Source: Alphaproteobacteria bacterium (GTDB lineage Bacteria > Pseudomonadota > Alphaproteobacteria > UBA828). Taken from it: a stretch of DNA of 64,000 nucleotides. The notes under the pieces were generated by a model. That model was given only the letters and a program-made list of their open reading frames with translations, made no database searches and was not told the origin of the DNA. Shown here one piece after another: positions 31,997 through 41,074 of this stretch; the stretch's first letter is position 1; each line of letters opens with the position of its first letter. The stretch lies in contig OZ243972.1 in NCBI GenBank assembly GCA_965214705.1, positions 736,001 through 800,000 on the forward strand, written 5' to 3'. A program made the translations under genes and the position numbers.

Positions 31997-33180
31997 GGGT
32001 CGGGGTCGTCAATCTCGGCACCATCGTCTCCGGCGACTGGCGCGAGCCCTTCGTCGAAGGCGACGCCCTCGTCGCCGCCGACGGCATACTGGAAGCCGTC
32101 GGCCAGGTGCCGCCGGCCGCCCTCGACGCCTGCGAGATCGTGATCGACGCCGGTGGAGCCACAGCGATTCCGGGGCTGATCGATTCCCAGGTCCACGTCA
32201 CCTTCGGCGACTTCACGCCGCGCCAGAACACCGTGGGCTACCTCACCAGCTACGTTCACGGTGGCACCACCACGGCGATCTCCGCCTCGGAGGTGCACGT
32301 GCCGGGCCGGCCGAAAGACCCCGCCGGGGTCAAGGCGCTGGCGGTGGCGGCCTTCAAGTGCTTCGAGCATTACCGGCCGGGCGGCATGCGCGTGCACGGC
32401 GGCTCCATCATCCTGGAGCCCGGCCTCACCCGCGCCGATTTCGACGACGTGCACCGCGACGGCGTCTGGCTCGCAAAGGCGGGTTTCGGCGCGGTTGAGA
32501 CGGCGCGGGATTACGTGGCACTGGTACGCCACGCCAGGGACGCCGGCCTGCTCACGACTCTGCACACCGGCGGCGCCTCGATCCCCGGCTCCTTCCCGAT
32601 TACCGGCGCGGACCTGATCGCCATCGACCCCACGGTCTCCTTCCACATCAACGGCGGGCCGGTCGCCATCGAGGACCGTTACTTCGAGCAGGTGGCGGCG
32701 GAGACCGGGATCGCCATGCAGGTCTGCACCGCCGGCAACCTGCGGACCACGCTGCTCTGCGCCGAGATGGCGCGCAAGCACGACGCCTTCGACCGCTTCC
32801 TGATCGCGACCGACACGCCCACCGGAAGCGGTGTCATGCCGCTCGGCATGATCTACACCATGGTCCACATCGCCTCGCTCGCGGGCTTCGATCCGACCTG
32901 GATGATCGCCGCCTCCACGGGGAACGTGGCCGAGACCTACGGGCTGAACAGCGGTTTCTTGCGACCGGGGCGGGATGCGGACGTGGTCATCGTCGACGCC
33001 CCGCTCGGCGCTACCAGGCCGGATGCGCTTTCGACCATGAGTAACGGCGACCCGGTCGCCATCGGCGCCGTGATCACCGACGGCATCCCCCGCTTCGTCG
33101 GCCGCAGCCGCAACACCCCGCCGACCACGCGCAAGGTCGCCGTCGCCCGCTGCGAGATCCCGGCCTTCGATCCGGCTTAG
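31993..33180 (+). CDS. enamidase-like amidohydrolase
   Basis: PRQ, HGGTTT, PGRPKD, HTGGASIPGS, HINGGP, SRNTPP shared with enamidase. Confidence 0.8.
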   Translation: MRVGVVNLGTIVSGDWREPFVEGDALVAADGILEAVGQVPPAALDACEIVIDAGGATAIPGLIDSQVHVTFGDFTPRQNTVGYLTSYVHGGTTTAISASEVHVPGRPKDPAGVKALAVAAFKCFEHYRPGGMRVHGGSIILEPGLTRADFDDVHRDGVWLAKAGFGAVETARDYVALVRHARDAGLLTTLHTGGASIPGSFPITGADLIAIDPTVSFHINGGPVAIEDRYFEQVAAETGIAMQVCTAGNLRTTLLCAEMARKHDAFDRFLIATDTPTGSGVMPLGMIYTMVHIASLAGFDPTWMIAASTGNVAETYGLNSGFLRPGRDADVVIVDAPLGATRPDALSTMSNGDPVAIGAVITDGIPRFVGRSRNTPPTTRKVAVARCEIPAFDPA

Positions 33181-33192
33181 GCCGAATTCTCC

Positions 33193-33852
33193 TCAGTCGA
33201 TCTCGTCTTCGGGGACGATCCAGGGTTCTTGAAGCGCCGCGTCGCGCCATTCGACGAAGGCCGGGAGGGTGAGCACGGCGCGGCTGTAGGCAGCGCAGGT
33301 CTCGTCGAGATCGACCCCGTAGGTATCGAGCCGGGTGACGACCGGCGCATACATGGCGTCGGCCGCGCAGAAGGCGCCGAACAAGAAGTCGCCGCCGGCG
33401 CCGTAGCGGCTGCGGCAGTCCCGCCAGATCTCGCAGATGCGGGCGATATCGTCGTCGACCCCCGGCCCGCGGCCCCTCCCCTTGAGGTCGAGGCGACGCA
33501 GGTTCATGGGCATGTGGTTGCGGAGCGCGGTGAAGCCCGCGTGCATCTCATTGGAAATCGCGCGGGCCGTAGCGCGCGCATCACGGTCCTCGGGCCAGAG
33601 CCCCACGTCCGGGAACAGCTCGTTGACGTATTCGATGATCGCCAGGGTCTCCCAGATCGTGTGCTCGCCGTGCTGGAGAACGGGGACGCGCCCGGACGGC
33701 GAGACAGCGGCGATGGCCTCCTTCCAGTTGTCGTCGAACAGCAAGAGCAGCCGCTCCTCGAACGGGATTCCGGCGTGGCGCAGCGCAAGCCAGGGCCTGA
33801 GCGACCAGGACGAGTAGTTCTTGTTGCCGATGATCAGGGTGAGATCGCTCAT
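33193..33852 (-). CDS. glutathione S-transferase family protein
   Basis: GNKNYSSWSLRPWL, VPVL, ADAMYAPV. Confidence 0.9.
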   Translation of the reverse strand: MSDLTLIIGNKNYSSWSLRPWLALRHAGIPFEERLLLLFDDNWKEAIAAVSPSGRVPVLQHGEHTIWETLAIIEYVNELFPDVGLWPEDRDARATARAISNEMHAGFTALRNHMPMNLRRLDLKGRGRGPGVDDDIARICEIWRDCRSRYGAGGDFLFGAFCAADAMYAPVVTRLDTYGVDLDETCAAYSRAVLTLPAFVEWRDAALQEPWIVPEDEID

Positions 33853-33931
33853 GGTGTTACGCACCTGCGCTCCACGTCGCTCCGGGCGGCGAACTATAGC
33901 GCCGCCTTATGCGCCGGCAATGCCAGGCGGT

Positions 33932-34345
33932 CTAACGCGTAGCGTCGATGGTCTGAACGTGGCCGCCGGCGGCGTAGGAGAGGATGGCGAAATCGGCCGT
34001 GAGCAGCGGCGCACCGCACTGACGGGCGGTCGCGATAATGAGGCGATCAGCGGGATCGGCGCGAAACACCCCGGGCAGCCGCACGCTGTCGGCGGCGATC
34101 GCAGGCTCGATGGGCAGCAGCTTGATGCCAGGCAGGGCGAGCACCGCCCTGATCCACGCGCCGACCTCCTGCGCGAGCCGGAGGCGGCCCCGCTCCGCCA
34201 ACAGAGCGATTTCCCACAGCGTGATGGCGGAAACGCCGATGTCGTCCGACTGCCCTGCCCCGGCGATGGCAGCGCGCGCCTCGGGTCCCAGCCGACGCTC
34301 GTCTTCGATGGCCCAGAGCAACACGTGCGTGTCGAGTACGATCAC
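33932..34345 (-). CDS. vapC: VapC/PIN domain toxin
   Basis: LDTHVLLW, SAITLWEI, DPADRLIIATA. Confidence 0.92.
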   Translation of the reverse strand: MIVLDTHVLLWAIEDERRLGPEARAAIAGAGQSDDIGVSAITLWEIALLAERGRLRLAQEVGAWIRAVLALPGIKLLPIEPAIAADSVRLPGVFRADPADRLIIATARQCGAPLLTADFAILSYAAGGHVQTIDATR

Positions 34346-34584
34346 CGTGCGGCGTTCCAGTCGGCGGGATCGAGTGCCGGCAGGAAGGGATCGTCGTAGG
34401 ACAACACCGATCCCTTCATGGCGCCGATGATGGATCGATCCTCGCCTTCGGGCCGCACCGGCGCGAGCACAGCGACCGGCCGGCCGCGATTGGTGATGGT
34501 CACCGGCTCGCCGTCTTCGCCCATCTCATTGATAATACGGAGACATTTCGCCTGAAATTCAGACGCCGCAATCGTCTTGCCCAT
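34342..34584 (-). CDS. Phd/YefM family antitoxin
   Basis: ASEFQAKCLRI...VTITNRGRPVA; overlaps the toxin start. Confidence 0.9.
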   Translation of the reverse strand: MGKTIAASEFQAKCLRIINEMGEDGEPVTITNRGRPVAVLAPVRPEGEDRSIIGAMKGSVLSYDDPFLPALDPADWNAAR

Positions 34585-34603
34585 GATTTCTGCCTGAAAA
34601 AAT

Positions 34604-34644
34604 ACACGTACGTGTTATATATACGTATTATCAAAGAACGTCAA
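34604..34644 (-). promoter_or_regulatory. TA promoter with palindromic operator
   Basis: TTGACG-17-TATATA on the minus strand; perfect palindrome ACACGTACGTGT at 34604-34615. Confidence 0.6.
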
Positions 34645-34674
34645 TCCGGCGAGGCCGGTCTGATCCCGAAGGGC

Positions 34675-35379
34675 TCAGTCGCCGGAATCGTCCTCGTCGG
34701 CGCCGCTCATCAGCTGGGAGAAGCGCACCGGCAGGATTTCCTCGGTCTCGAACCGACCGTCCCCGTCCTTGGTGACGAGCAACAGGCGCTGATCATCCTC
34801 CAGCCCGGCGGGGATCACCATGCGCCCGCCGGGCTTGAGCTGTTGCAAGAGTGCCGGCGGGAGCAGGTCGGGCGCAGCGGTCGCGATGATGCGATCGTAG
34901 GGCGCATGGTCGGGCCAGCCCAGGCTGCCGTCGCCGATGCGGAACTGGACGTTGCCGTAGCCCTGCTCGTCGAGCCGGCGGCGGCCGCTCTGGGCCAGCT
35001 CCTCGATCAGCTCGACCGTATAGACCTCGGCCGCGAGCTCCGCCAGCAGCGCCGCCTGATAGCCGAGCCCGGTGCCGATTTCGAGCACCCGGTGCTCCCC
35101 GCCGATCTCCAGCAGGTCGGTCATCAGCGCGACGATGAAGGGCTGCGAGATGGTCTTGCCGCAGCCGATGGGGAGCGGTGAATCGAGGTAGGCGTAGAGC
35201 GCCATCTCCACCGGCACGAATGCGTGGCGCGGCACCCGGCCGATCGCCTCCATGACATCGCCCGCGATAGCGTCGCGGCCGGTCTTGCCGCTGGCATGGT
35301 CGGCGTGAAGCGCCACCTGTTCGACCATGGTCCGGCGCAGGATCGCGAATTGGTCTTCGTTGGTATTCGCCGCCGTCAT
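34675..35379 (-). CDS. pcm: protein-L-isoaspartate O-methyltransferase (second paralog)
   Basis: GKTISQP, LEIGTGLGYQAA, APYDRII. Confidence 0.9.
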   Translation of the reverse strand: MTAANTNEDQFAILRRTMVEQVALHADHASGKTGRDAIAGDVMEAIGRVPRHAFVPVEMALYAYLDSPLPIGCGKTISQPFIVALMTDLLEIGGEHRVLEIGTGLGYQAALLAELAAEVYTVELIEELAQSGRRRLDEQGYGNVQFRIGDGSLGWPDHAPYDRIIATAAPDLLPPALLQQLKPGGRMVIPAGLEDDQRLLLVTKDGDGRFETEEILPVRFSQLMSGADEDDSGD

Positions 35380-35599
35380 GGCTCGTTCCTGCGCCTCGGC
35401 GTACGCGTGCTCGCGGGCACCGCGCCCGCCCGTCGCCCCGAAGGGGCGCCACAGAGTGTCACCCCGATTGCTGCTATAAGTAACGCATCTACGCGACAGC
35501 CGCGAGCCCACCGGTGACGATCCTCTGCCCCGTCCGCCCTTGCGCGGGGAGACCGCCCCGCTCTGATGCAACCCGCCCAGCCGGGCGTCCGGCCCGCGC

Positions 35600-37021
35600 A
35601 TGACCGGCTCGCTCGCGCTGCCGCTCTGGATTCTCGCGGTGGTCGGTGCACTCGCGCTCTGGGCCGCGCTTGACCGGATCCTGATGCCGAGCGCGCGCTG
35701 GTTCCTGCGCCGCCGCCTCAACCGCATGATCGAGGAGGTCAACACGCGGCTCGAGCTGCAGATCCCGGCGTTCCAGCAGACCAAGCGCCGGGTGCTGATC
35801 GACCAGCTCGCCTGCGACCCGCACGTGATGGAGGCGATCGAGGCCGAGGCCGAGGCCACCGGCACACCGCGCGAGGTGCTGAGCCGGCAGGTGGAGCGCT
35901 ACGCCCGCGAGATTGTGCCTTCCTTCAACGCCTACGCCTACTTCCGCATCGGCTATCACCTCGCGCGACGGGCGGTGGAAAGCCTCTACCGCGTGCGCCT
36001 CGGCTATTCCGACGACGAAGCGCTGGCCCGCATCGAGCCCGGCGCCAGCGTCGTCTTCGTGATGAACCACCGCAGCAACATGGACTACGTGATCGTCGCC
36101 TACATGGCGGCGCATCGCTCCGCGCTCAGCTACGCCGTGGGCGAATGGGCGCGGGTCTGGCCGCTCAGGATGCTGGTGCGCTCGCTCGGCGCCTACTTCG
36201 TGCGCCGCGGCTCGGGCAGCCGCCTCTACCGCCAGGTGCTGGCCCGCTACGTGCAGGCGGCGACGGCCGGCGGCGTGGTCCAGGCGGTCTATCCCGAGGG
36301 CGGCCTCAGCCGCGACGGCCGCCTGCGCAAGCCCAAGCTCGGGCTCATCAACTACATGGTCACGTCCTTCGACCCGGAGGGGACCCGCGATCTGGTCTTC
36401 GTCCCCGTCGGAATCAATTACGACCGGGTGTTGGAGGACCGCATGCTGGTCCGCGCACCGGGCCCCGGCGAGCCCCGGCGCAGCCGGGCGCGGGTGCTCG
36501 CCACCGCGCTCCGCTTCGCCGCGCATAACGTGAGCCTGATGATCCGGCGGCGCTGGTACCGTTTCGGCTACGCCTGCGTGAACTTCGCCGCACCGATCTC
36601 CATGCGGGACTACGCCAAGGCGAACGGGCTCGATTTCCGCACGCTGGAGCTGGAGGCCCGCCACGAGGCCGTCGAAAAACTCGGCGGCGAGCTATTGGAG
36701 GCGATCGCCGCAGCGATCCCGGTGCTTCCGGTGTCCCTGGTGGCGACGGTGTTCGTGCGTGCGGACGGGGCCCTTGATTTGCTGGAAATCAAGGGGCGCA
36801 CCCAGGCGCTGATCGACCGGCTGGAGCGCGAGGGCGCCTACGTCCACATCCCGCGCGCCGACCGCGACTACGCCGTTACCGTGGGGCTCCGCATGCTGAC
36901 GCTCCGCCACTTCGTGACCGAAGCGGACGGACTCTATCGCGCCAACGAAGGCGAGCGCGACATGCTGCGCTATTACGCCAACGCCATCGAGCACTTCCTG
37001 CCCGAGCGGACGGACGACTAA
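35600..37021 (+). CDS. PlsB-like glycerol-3-phosphate acyltransferase
   Basis: NHRSNMD (HxxxxD), GAYFVRR, YPEGGLSRDG. Confidence 0.85.
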   Translation: MTGSLALPLWILAVVGALALWAALDRILMPSARWFLRRRLNRMIEEVNTRLELQIPAFQQTKRRVLIDQLACDPHVMEAIEAEAEATGTPREVLSRQVERYAREIVPSFNAYAYFRIGYHLARRAVESLYRVRLGYSDDEALARIEPGASVVFVMNHRSNMDYVIVAYMAAHRSALSYAVGEWARVWPLRMLVRSLGAYFVRRGSGSRLYRQVLARYVQAATAGGVVQAVYPEGGLSRDGRLRKPKLGLINYMVTSFDPEGTRDLVFVPVGINYDRVLEDRMLVRAPGPGEPRRSRARVLATALRFAAHNVSLMIRRRWYRFGYACVNFAAPISMRDYAKANGLDFRTLELEARHEAVEKLGGELLEAIAAAIPVLPVSLVATVFVRADGALDLLEIKGRTQALIDRLEREGAYVHIPRADRDYAVTVGLRMLTLRHFVTEADGLYRANEGERDMLRYYANAIEHFLPERTDD

Positions 37022-37034
37022 GCGGGGGAGGGGA

Positions 37035-37062
37035 CGCGCCGGCGCCAGGAGCCGCCGGCGCG
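37035..37062. terminator. hairpin between convergent genes
   Basis: 10-bp stem CGCGCCGGCG with 8-nt loop. Confidence 0.45.
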
Positions 37063-37364
37063 CTGGATTACTCGATTACTCCACGCCTTCGACGAAGTAG
37101 ACGCTGCTGTTGGAGGCCCGGAAGCGCATCGGCAGCACCGCCTGATATTCGGCGCAGTTGTACCACTCCTTCGCCCTTTCCATGCTCTCGAAGCGGATGA
37201 TCACGATTCTGGGCGGCTTCGACATGCCGTCCATGTGAGCGACGTTGGTGGTGGCGGCGACCAGCTCCCCGCCGTAGGCCGCGACCGAGGGGCCGGCCTT
37301 CTCGGCGTATTCGTCCATGAGCGCTTGGTCAGTCACTTGCGATTCGGAAATCAGATAGGCAGCA

Positions 37365-38866
37365 GAGCCACTTGCAAAATTCCGCATTTGAGCGGGATTT
37401 TGCCGCCGTGGCGGTCAGATTGTCCTGGAAATCGGGACCGCTCTCTGTTCCTGTCGGGTTTCGGACAACGTCGACGGAGAGGGCGGCCCCATGTCGCTGG
37501 GACAGACACTATCCGGATTCTGGCATCACATTCAAGCGGATCTTTTCCCGTGGCTTGAGGAGGAGCTCGGGCCGCTCGGCGAGAGGTACCGGCGCTTCGT
37601 CACCGTGCTTGAGCTTGCGCGGGTCGAGAGCTTCCTTCCCCATTTCCATGGCCTGCCCGGTCGGCCGGTCGAGGATCGGGCGGCCTTGGCCCGCGCCTTC
37701 ATCGCCAAGGCGGTGTTCGACGTACCCACGACGCGCGCCCTGATCGAGCGCCTTGAGAACGACAAGACGCTACGCCGTCTCTGCGGCTGGACCTATGCCG
37801 CAGAGATCCCGAGCGAGGCGACGTTTTCGCGGGCGTTTGCGGAGTTCTCCGAGAGTGCGTTGCCCGCTCGCGTGCATGAGGCGCTGATCAAGCAGACCCT
37901 CGGAGACCATCTGGTCGGGCACGTCTCGCGCGACTCGACGGCGATCGAGGCGCGCGAGAAGCCTCAGCCCAAGCCCAAGGCGGAGAAGCCGAAGCGCAAG
38001 CGCGGCCGCCCGCGCAAGGGCGAGGAGCGGCCCAAGGAGGAGCGCCGCGTGAAACGCCAGCTCACGATGAGCTTGCCCCAGATGCTCGACGACCTGCCGA
38101 AAGCCTGCGACGTCGGCACCAAGCGCAACGCCAGGGGCCATACCACATCGTGGATCGGTTACAAGCTGCACATCGACGCCGCCGATGGCGGCATTCCGAT
38201 CAGTTGCATCCTGACGTCCGCCTCGCTGCACGACAGCCAGGCCGCGATCCCGCTGGCGAGTATGACCGCCGACCGCGTCACCAATCTGTACGACCTCATG
38301 GACTCAGCCTATGACGCGCCCGAGATCGGCTGGCACAGCTACCTGCTGGGCCACGTCCCGATCATCGACGTCAACCCTCGCGACAAGGAGTACAAGGAGG
38401 AGCTGGCGCGCGAGGCCAGGGCGCAGAGAGGCGTCGGTCACCGCCACCCGGCGGACGAGCGCTACAACGAGCGCTCGAACATCGAGCGCATCAACGGTGG
38501 GCTGAAGGACAACTGCGGGGGCCGCCATGTCCGCGTGCGCGGCCATGCCAAGGTTCATTGCCACCTGATGTTCGGCATCCTGGTGCTGACGGTCGACCAG
38601 CTGATGCGCCTCCTGGCCTGAGCGGCGCCTCCGTCGCTGTCACGCCGGCACGCCTCCCTCCGCGGAGGCGCAAAAAGCCATGTCCGCATCGCGACGGCGG
38701 GTCCAAAATGCGCCCGCATGGGCATCGGTTTGCGGCGAATCGGCGCCCCGGCGGCAGCCAGCGACGTCCGCTCGTCCCGAAGTTCATGTTACGTTCCGAC
38801 CGTCAATGTCCTCACGCCGGGCTCTCGGGAAAAGCAGACCGCGCCTGGGAGTTTTGCAAGTGGCTC
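37365..38866 (+). mobile_element. IS5/IS1182-type insertion sequence
   Basis: 15-bp IRs GAGCCACTTGCAAAA; 4-bp duplication AGCA at 37361-37364 and 38867-38870. Confidence 0.9.
37491..38621 (+). CDS. DDE transposase (DUF772 + DDE_Tnp_1 type)
   Basis: PSEATFSRAF, RDSTAI, GYKLH, DSAYD, RYNERSNIER. Confidence 0.9.
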   Translation: MSLGQTLSGFWHHIQADLFPWLEEELGPLGERYRRFVTVLELARVESFLPHFHGLPGRPVEDRAALARAFIAKAVFDVPTTRALIERLENDKTLRRLCGWTYAAEIPSEATFSRAFAEFSESALPARVHEALIKQTLGDHLVGHVSRDSTAIEAREKPQPKPKAEKPKRKRGRPRKGEERPKEERRVKRQLTMSLPQMLDDLPKACDVGTKRNARGHTTSWIGYKLHIDAADGGIPISCILTSASLHDSQAAIPLASMTADRVTNLYDLMDSAYDAPEIGWHSYLLGHVPIIDVNPRDKEYKEELAREARAQRGVGHRHPADERYNERSNIERINGGLKDNCGGRHVRVRGHAKVHCHLMFGILVLTVDQLMRLLA

Positions 38867-38911
38867 AGCAGGCATGAAAGGTCTCCTTGGGTTGTGTCGT
38901 TTCGGGGAGGA

Positions 38912-40939
38912 TCAGAGCTTGCGGGCCTGGCGGTGGCCTTCGTAGACCGCCTCGTAAGCCGAGCGCGGCGCGTTGGCGTCGCCGATGGTCTCGACCGAGA
39001 CGCCTCGCGCGGCGACCGCATTGTGCAGCGCGTTCTCGGAGCGCCGGCCGGTTGCCATGACGATCCAGTCGGCCTCGATCGTCCGCTCCGCCTCTTCGTG
39101 GTGGACATTGTAGAGCGTCACCTTGTCGCCCTCGATGCGGCGGACGAAGTGATCGACGCAAACCGTCACCCCGGTCTGGTAGAGCTTGGGCAGGATCCAG
39201 TCGAGATAGACGTCGAGGATGGTCTCCATGCCCACCATGGGCCAGCGAGTGACCAGCGTCACCTCGTCGGCCCCACCCTCCTTGCAGGCGACGGCGGTGA
39301 GCGGCGCCACCACGTCACAGAGGTCGTCCAACACCATTACCTTGCCGCGCGGCCGGGCCTGGCCCTGGGCGACCGTATCCCAGCCGACGCAGTTGCCGGT
39401 CTCCCAGCCTGGGAGCCCCTCGCTGGTCCAGCCCTGGAAGCCATCGACCGCGATTGAAGACCCTGTGGCCACGACCACGTGGTCGGGCTTCACCGTCTCC
39501 AGCGCCTGATCCAGATCTTCCTCCGTCACCGGTGCGCCGGTGACGATGCGGGTGCCGTTCTTCTCGGCCTGCGCCGCGAGCCAGCGGCCAATCTCGCCGT
39601 ATTCGGCCCGGGTCGGCAGCAGCGACTGCACCCGCACGTGGCCGCCGGTCTCGCCCTCGGCCTCGTAGAGCGTCACGTTGTGGCCGCGGGCCGAGGCGAC
39701 GCGCGCGTATTCCAGCCCGGCCGGGCCGCCGCCGATGACCAGCACCGACTTGGGATCGGCCACCTTGACCAGCGTGCCCTCGCCCCACTTTCCCTCTCGG
39801 CCCACGGTGGGGTTGTAGATGCACTGCACCCGGCCGCCCCGGCTCACGCTCTTCCAGCAGAAGTTCGCGGCAACGCAAGCGCGAATGTCGTCGGTGCGGC
39901 CCTCCTGCGCCTTCTTGGCCCAGTGGGGGTCGGTGAAGAGCTGGCGGGCGAGGCAGATGGCATCGCCGTCGCCGGCTTCCAGCAGCCGCTCGGCCACGTC
40001 CGGCGTGGTGATGCGGCCCACCAGCAGCACCGGCTTGGATGATATCTCACGGATCTTGCGGGCGTAGCCGCGCTCCCAGCCGGCCTCGAACTCCATCGGC
40101 GTGTGGATGAAGGCGTGATGCACGCCGGCCGAGACGTTGACGTAGTCGATGTCCGCCCGCTTCTCGATCTCGGCGACGATGTCCCGCACCTCGTCGATTT
40201 CCAAATCGCCCGGCCAGAACGAGGTCGAGTTGATGCGGTAGCCGACGAACCTGTCGTCGCCGGCGGCAGCGCGCATCCGCTTCAATGCTTCGAGGGGGAA
40301 GCGCAGGCGGTTGTCCAGCGAGCCGCCCCAGCGGTCGGTGCGCTTGTTGTAGAGCGGCGAGATGAACTGCCAGGGCAGGTAGCCGTGGCTGAGATGGAGT
40401 TCAACCCCGTCGAGCCCCGCCGCGAACGCACGGACTGCAGCGCTGCCGAAGGCCTCTAGCAGCTCCTCGATCTCGTCCTCGTCGAGCTCCTTGGGCGTGG
40501 ACGCGCCGGGGAACTCGCCCAGGGGCACCTGGCTCGGCGAGACGGAGTACCAGGTCTCATCGGGGTCGTAGGTGGCCTCCTGCTTGAAGGTGGGGAAGCC
40601 CCGCACGCCCGAGTGCCAGAGCTGGATCGCGAGCTTGCAGCCTTCGGCGTGGACCGCGTCCGCGATTTTCGACAGCGGCTCGATCTGCCGGTCGTCGAAG
40701 AGCTGCGGCATGAGCAATGGCGCCATGAGTGAGCTCCGGTGGACATGGGTCCCGCCGATGATGATGAGGCCGACCCCTCCCTCGGCGCGTTCCCGGTAGT
40801 AATGGGTCGCCATGTCGATGAAGAGCCCGTTCCACGGGTCGGAGACCCAGCTCGGGCAGGTTGGCGGGAACACCACGCGGTTCTTGATCGTGGTGTTACG
40901 GATCTTCCATTCCGAGAAAAGCCGTGGATAAGCCGCCAT
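38912..40939 (-). CDS. NADH:flavin oxidoreductase (OYE/TMADH-like, FMN + FAD)
   Basis: ELHLSHGYL, RTDRWGGSLDNR, CxxxxxC..C, GGGPAGLE. Confidence 0.88.
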   Translation of the reverse strand: MAAYPRLFSEWKIRNTTIKNRVVFPPTCPSWVSDPWNGLFIDMATHYYRERAEGGVGLIIIGGTHVHRSSLMAPLLMPQLFDDRQIEPLSKIADAVHAEGCKLAIQLWHSGVRGFPTFKQEATYDPDETWYSVSPSQVPLGEFPGASTPKELDEDEIEELLEAFGSAAVRAFAAGLDGVELHLSHGYLPWQFISPLYNKRTDRWGGSLDNRLRFPLEALKRMRAAAGDDRFVGYRINSTSFWPGDLEIDEVRDIVAEIEKRADIDYVNVSAGVHHAFIHTPMEFEAGWERGYARKIREISSKPVLLVGRITTPDVAERLLEAGDGDAICLARQLFTDPHWAKKAQEGRTDDIRACVAANFCWKSVSRGGRVQCIYNPTVGREGKWGEGTLVKVADPKSVLVIGGGPAGLEYARVASARGHNVTLYEAEGETGGHVRVQSLLPTRAEYGEIGRWLAAQAEKNGTRIVTGAPVTEEDLDQALETVKPDHVVVATGSSIAVDGFQGWTSEGLPGWETGNCVGWDTVAQGQARPRGKVMVLDDLCDVVAPLTAVACKEGGADEVTLVTRWPMVGMETILDVYLDWILPKLYQTGVTVCVDHFVRRIEGDKVTLYNVHHEEAERTIEADWIVMATGRRSENALHNAVAARGVSVETIGDANAPRSAYEAVYEGHRQARKL

Positions 40940-41074
40940 GTCGCATTCCCCCCTGTCGCGGGCACCCCGCCGGCCGGGTGCCCTGTGCACAAACGCCACG
41001 GTCCATTACACTCGGCTTGGCGCGGGAATGCCAGTTTCGCGGCCTCGGGCCTGCTCAAACACGGGAGGGCGGCG

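Larger units (their letters stand above)
37076..38875 (-). pseudogene. DUF1330 family protein interrupted at codon 3 by an IS
   Basis: Native ATG at 38873-38875 with AAGGAG RBS; removing the IS gives MPAAYLISESQV...FESMERAKEWYNCAEYQ. Confidence 0.85.
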
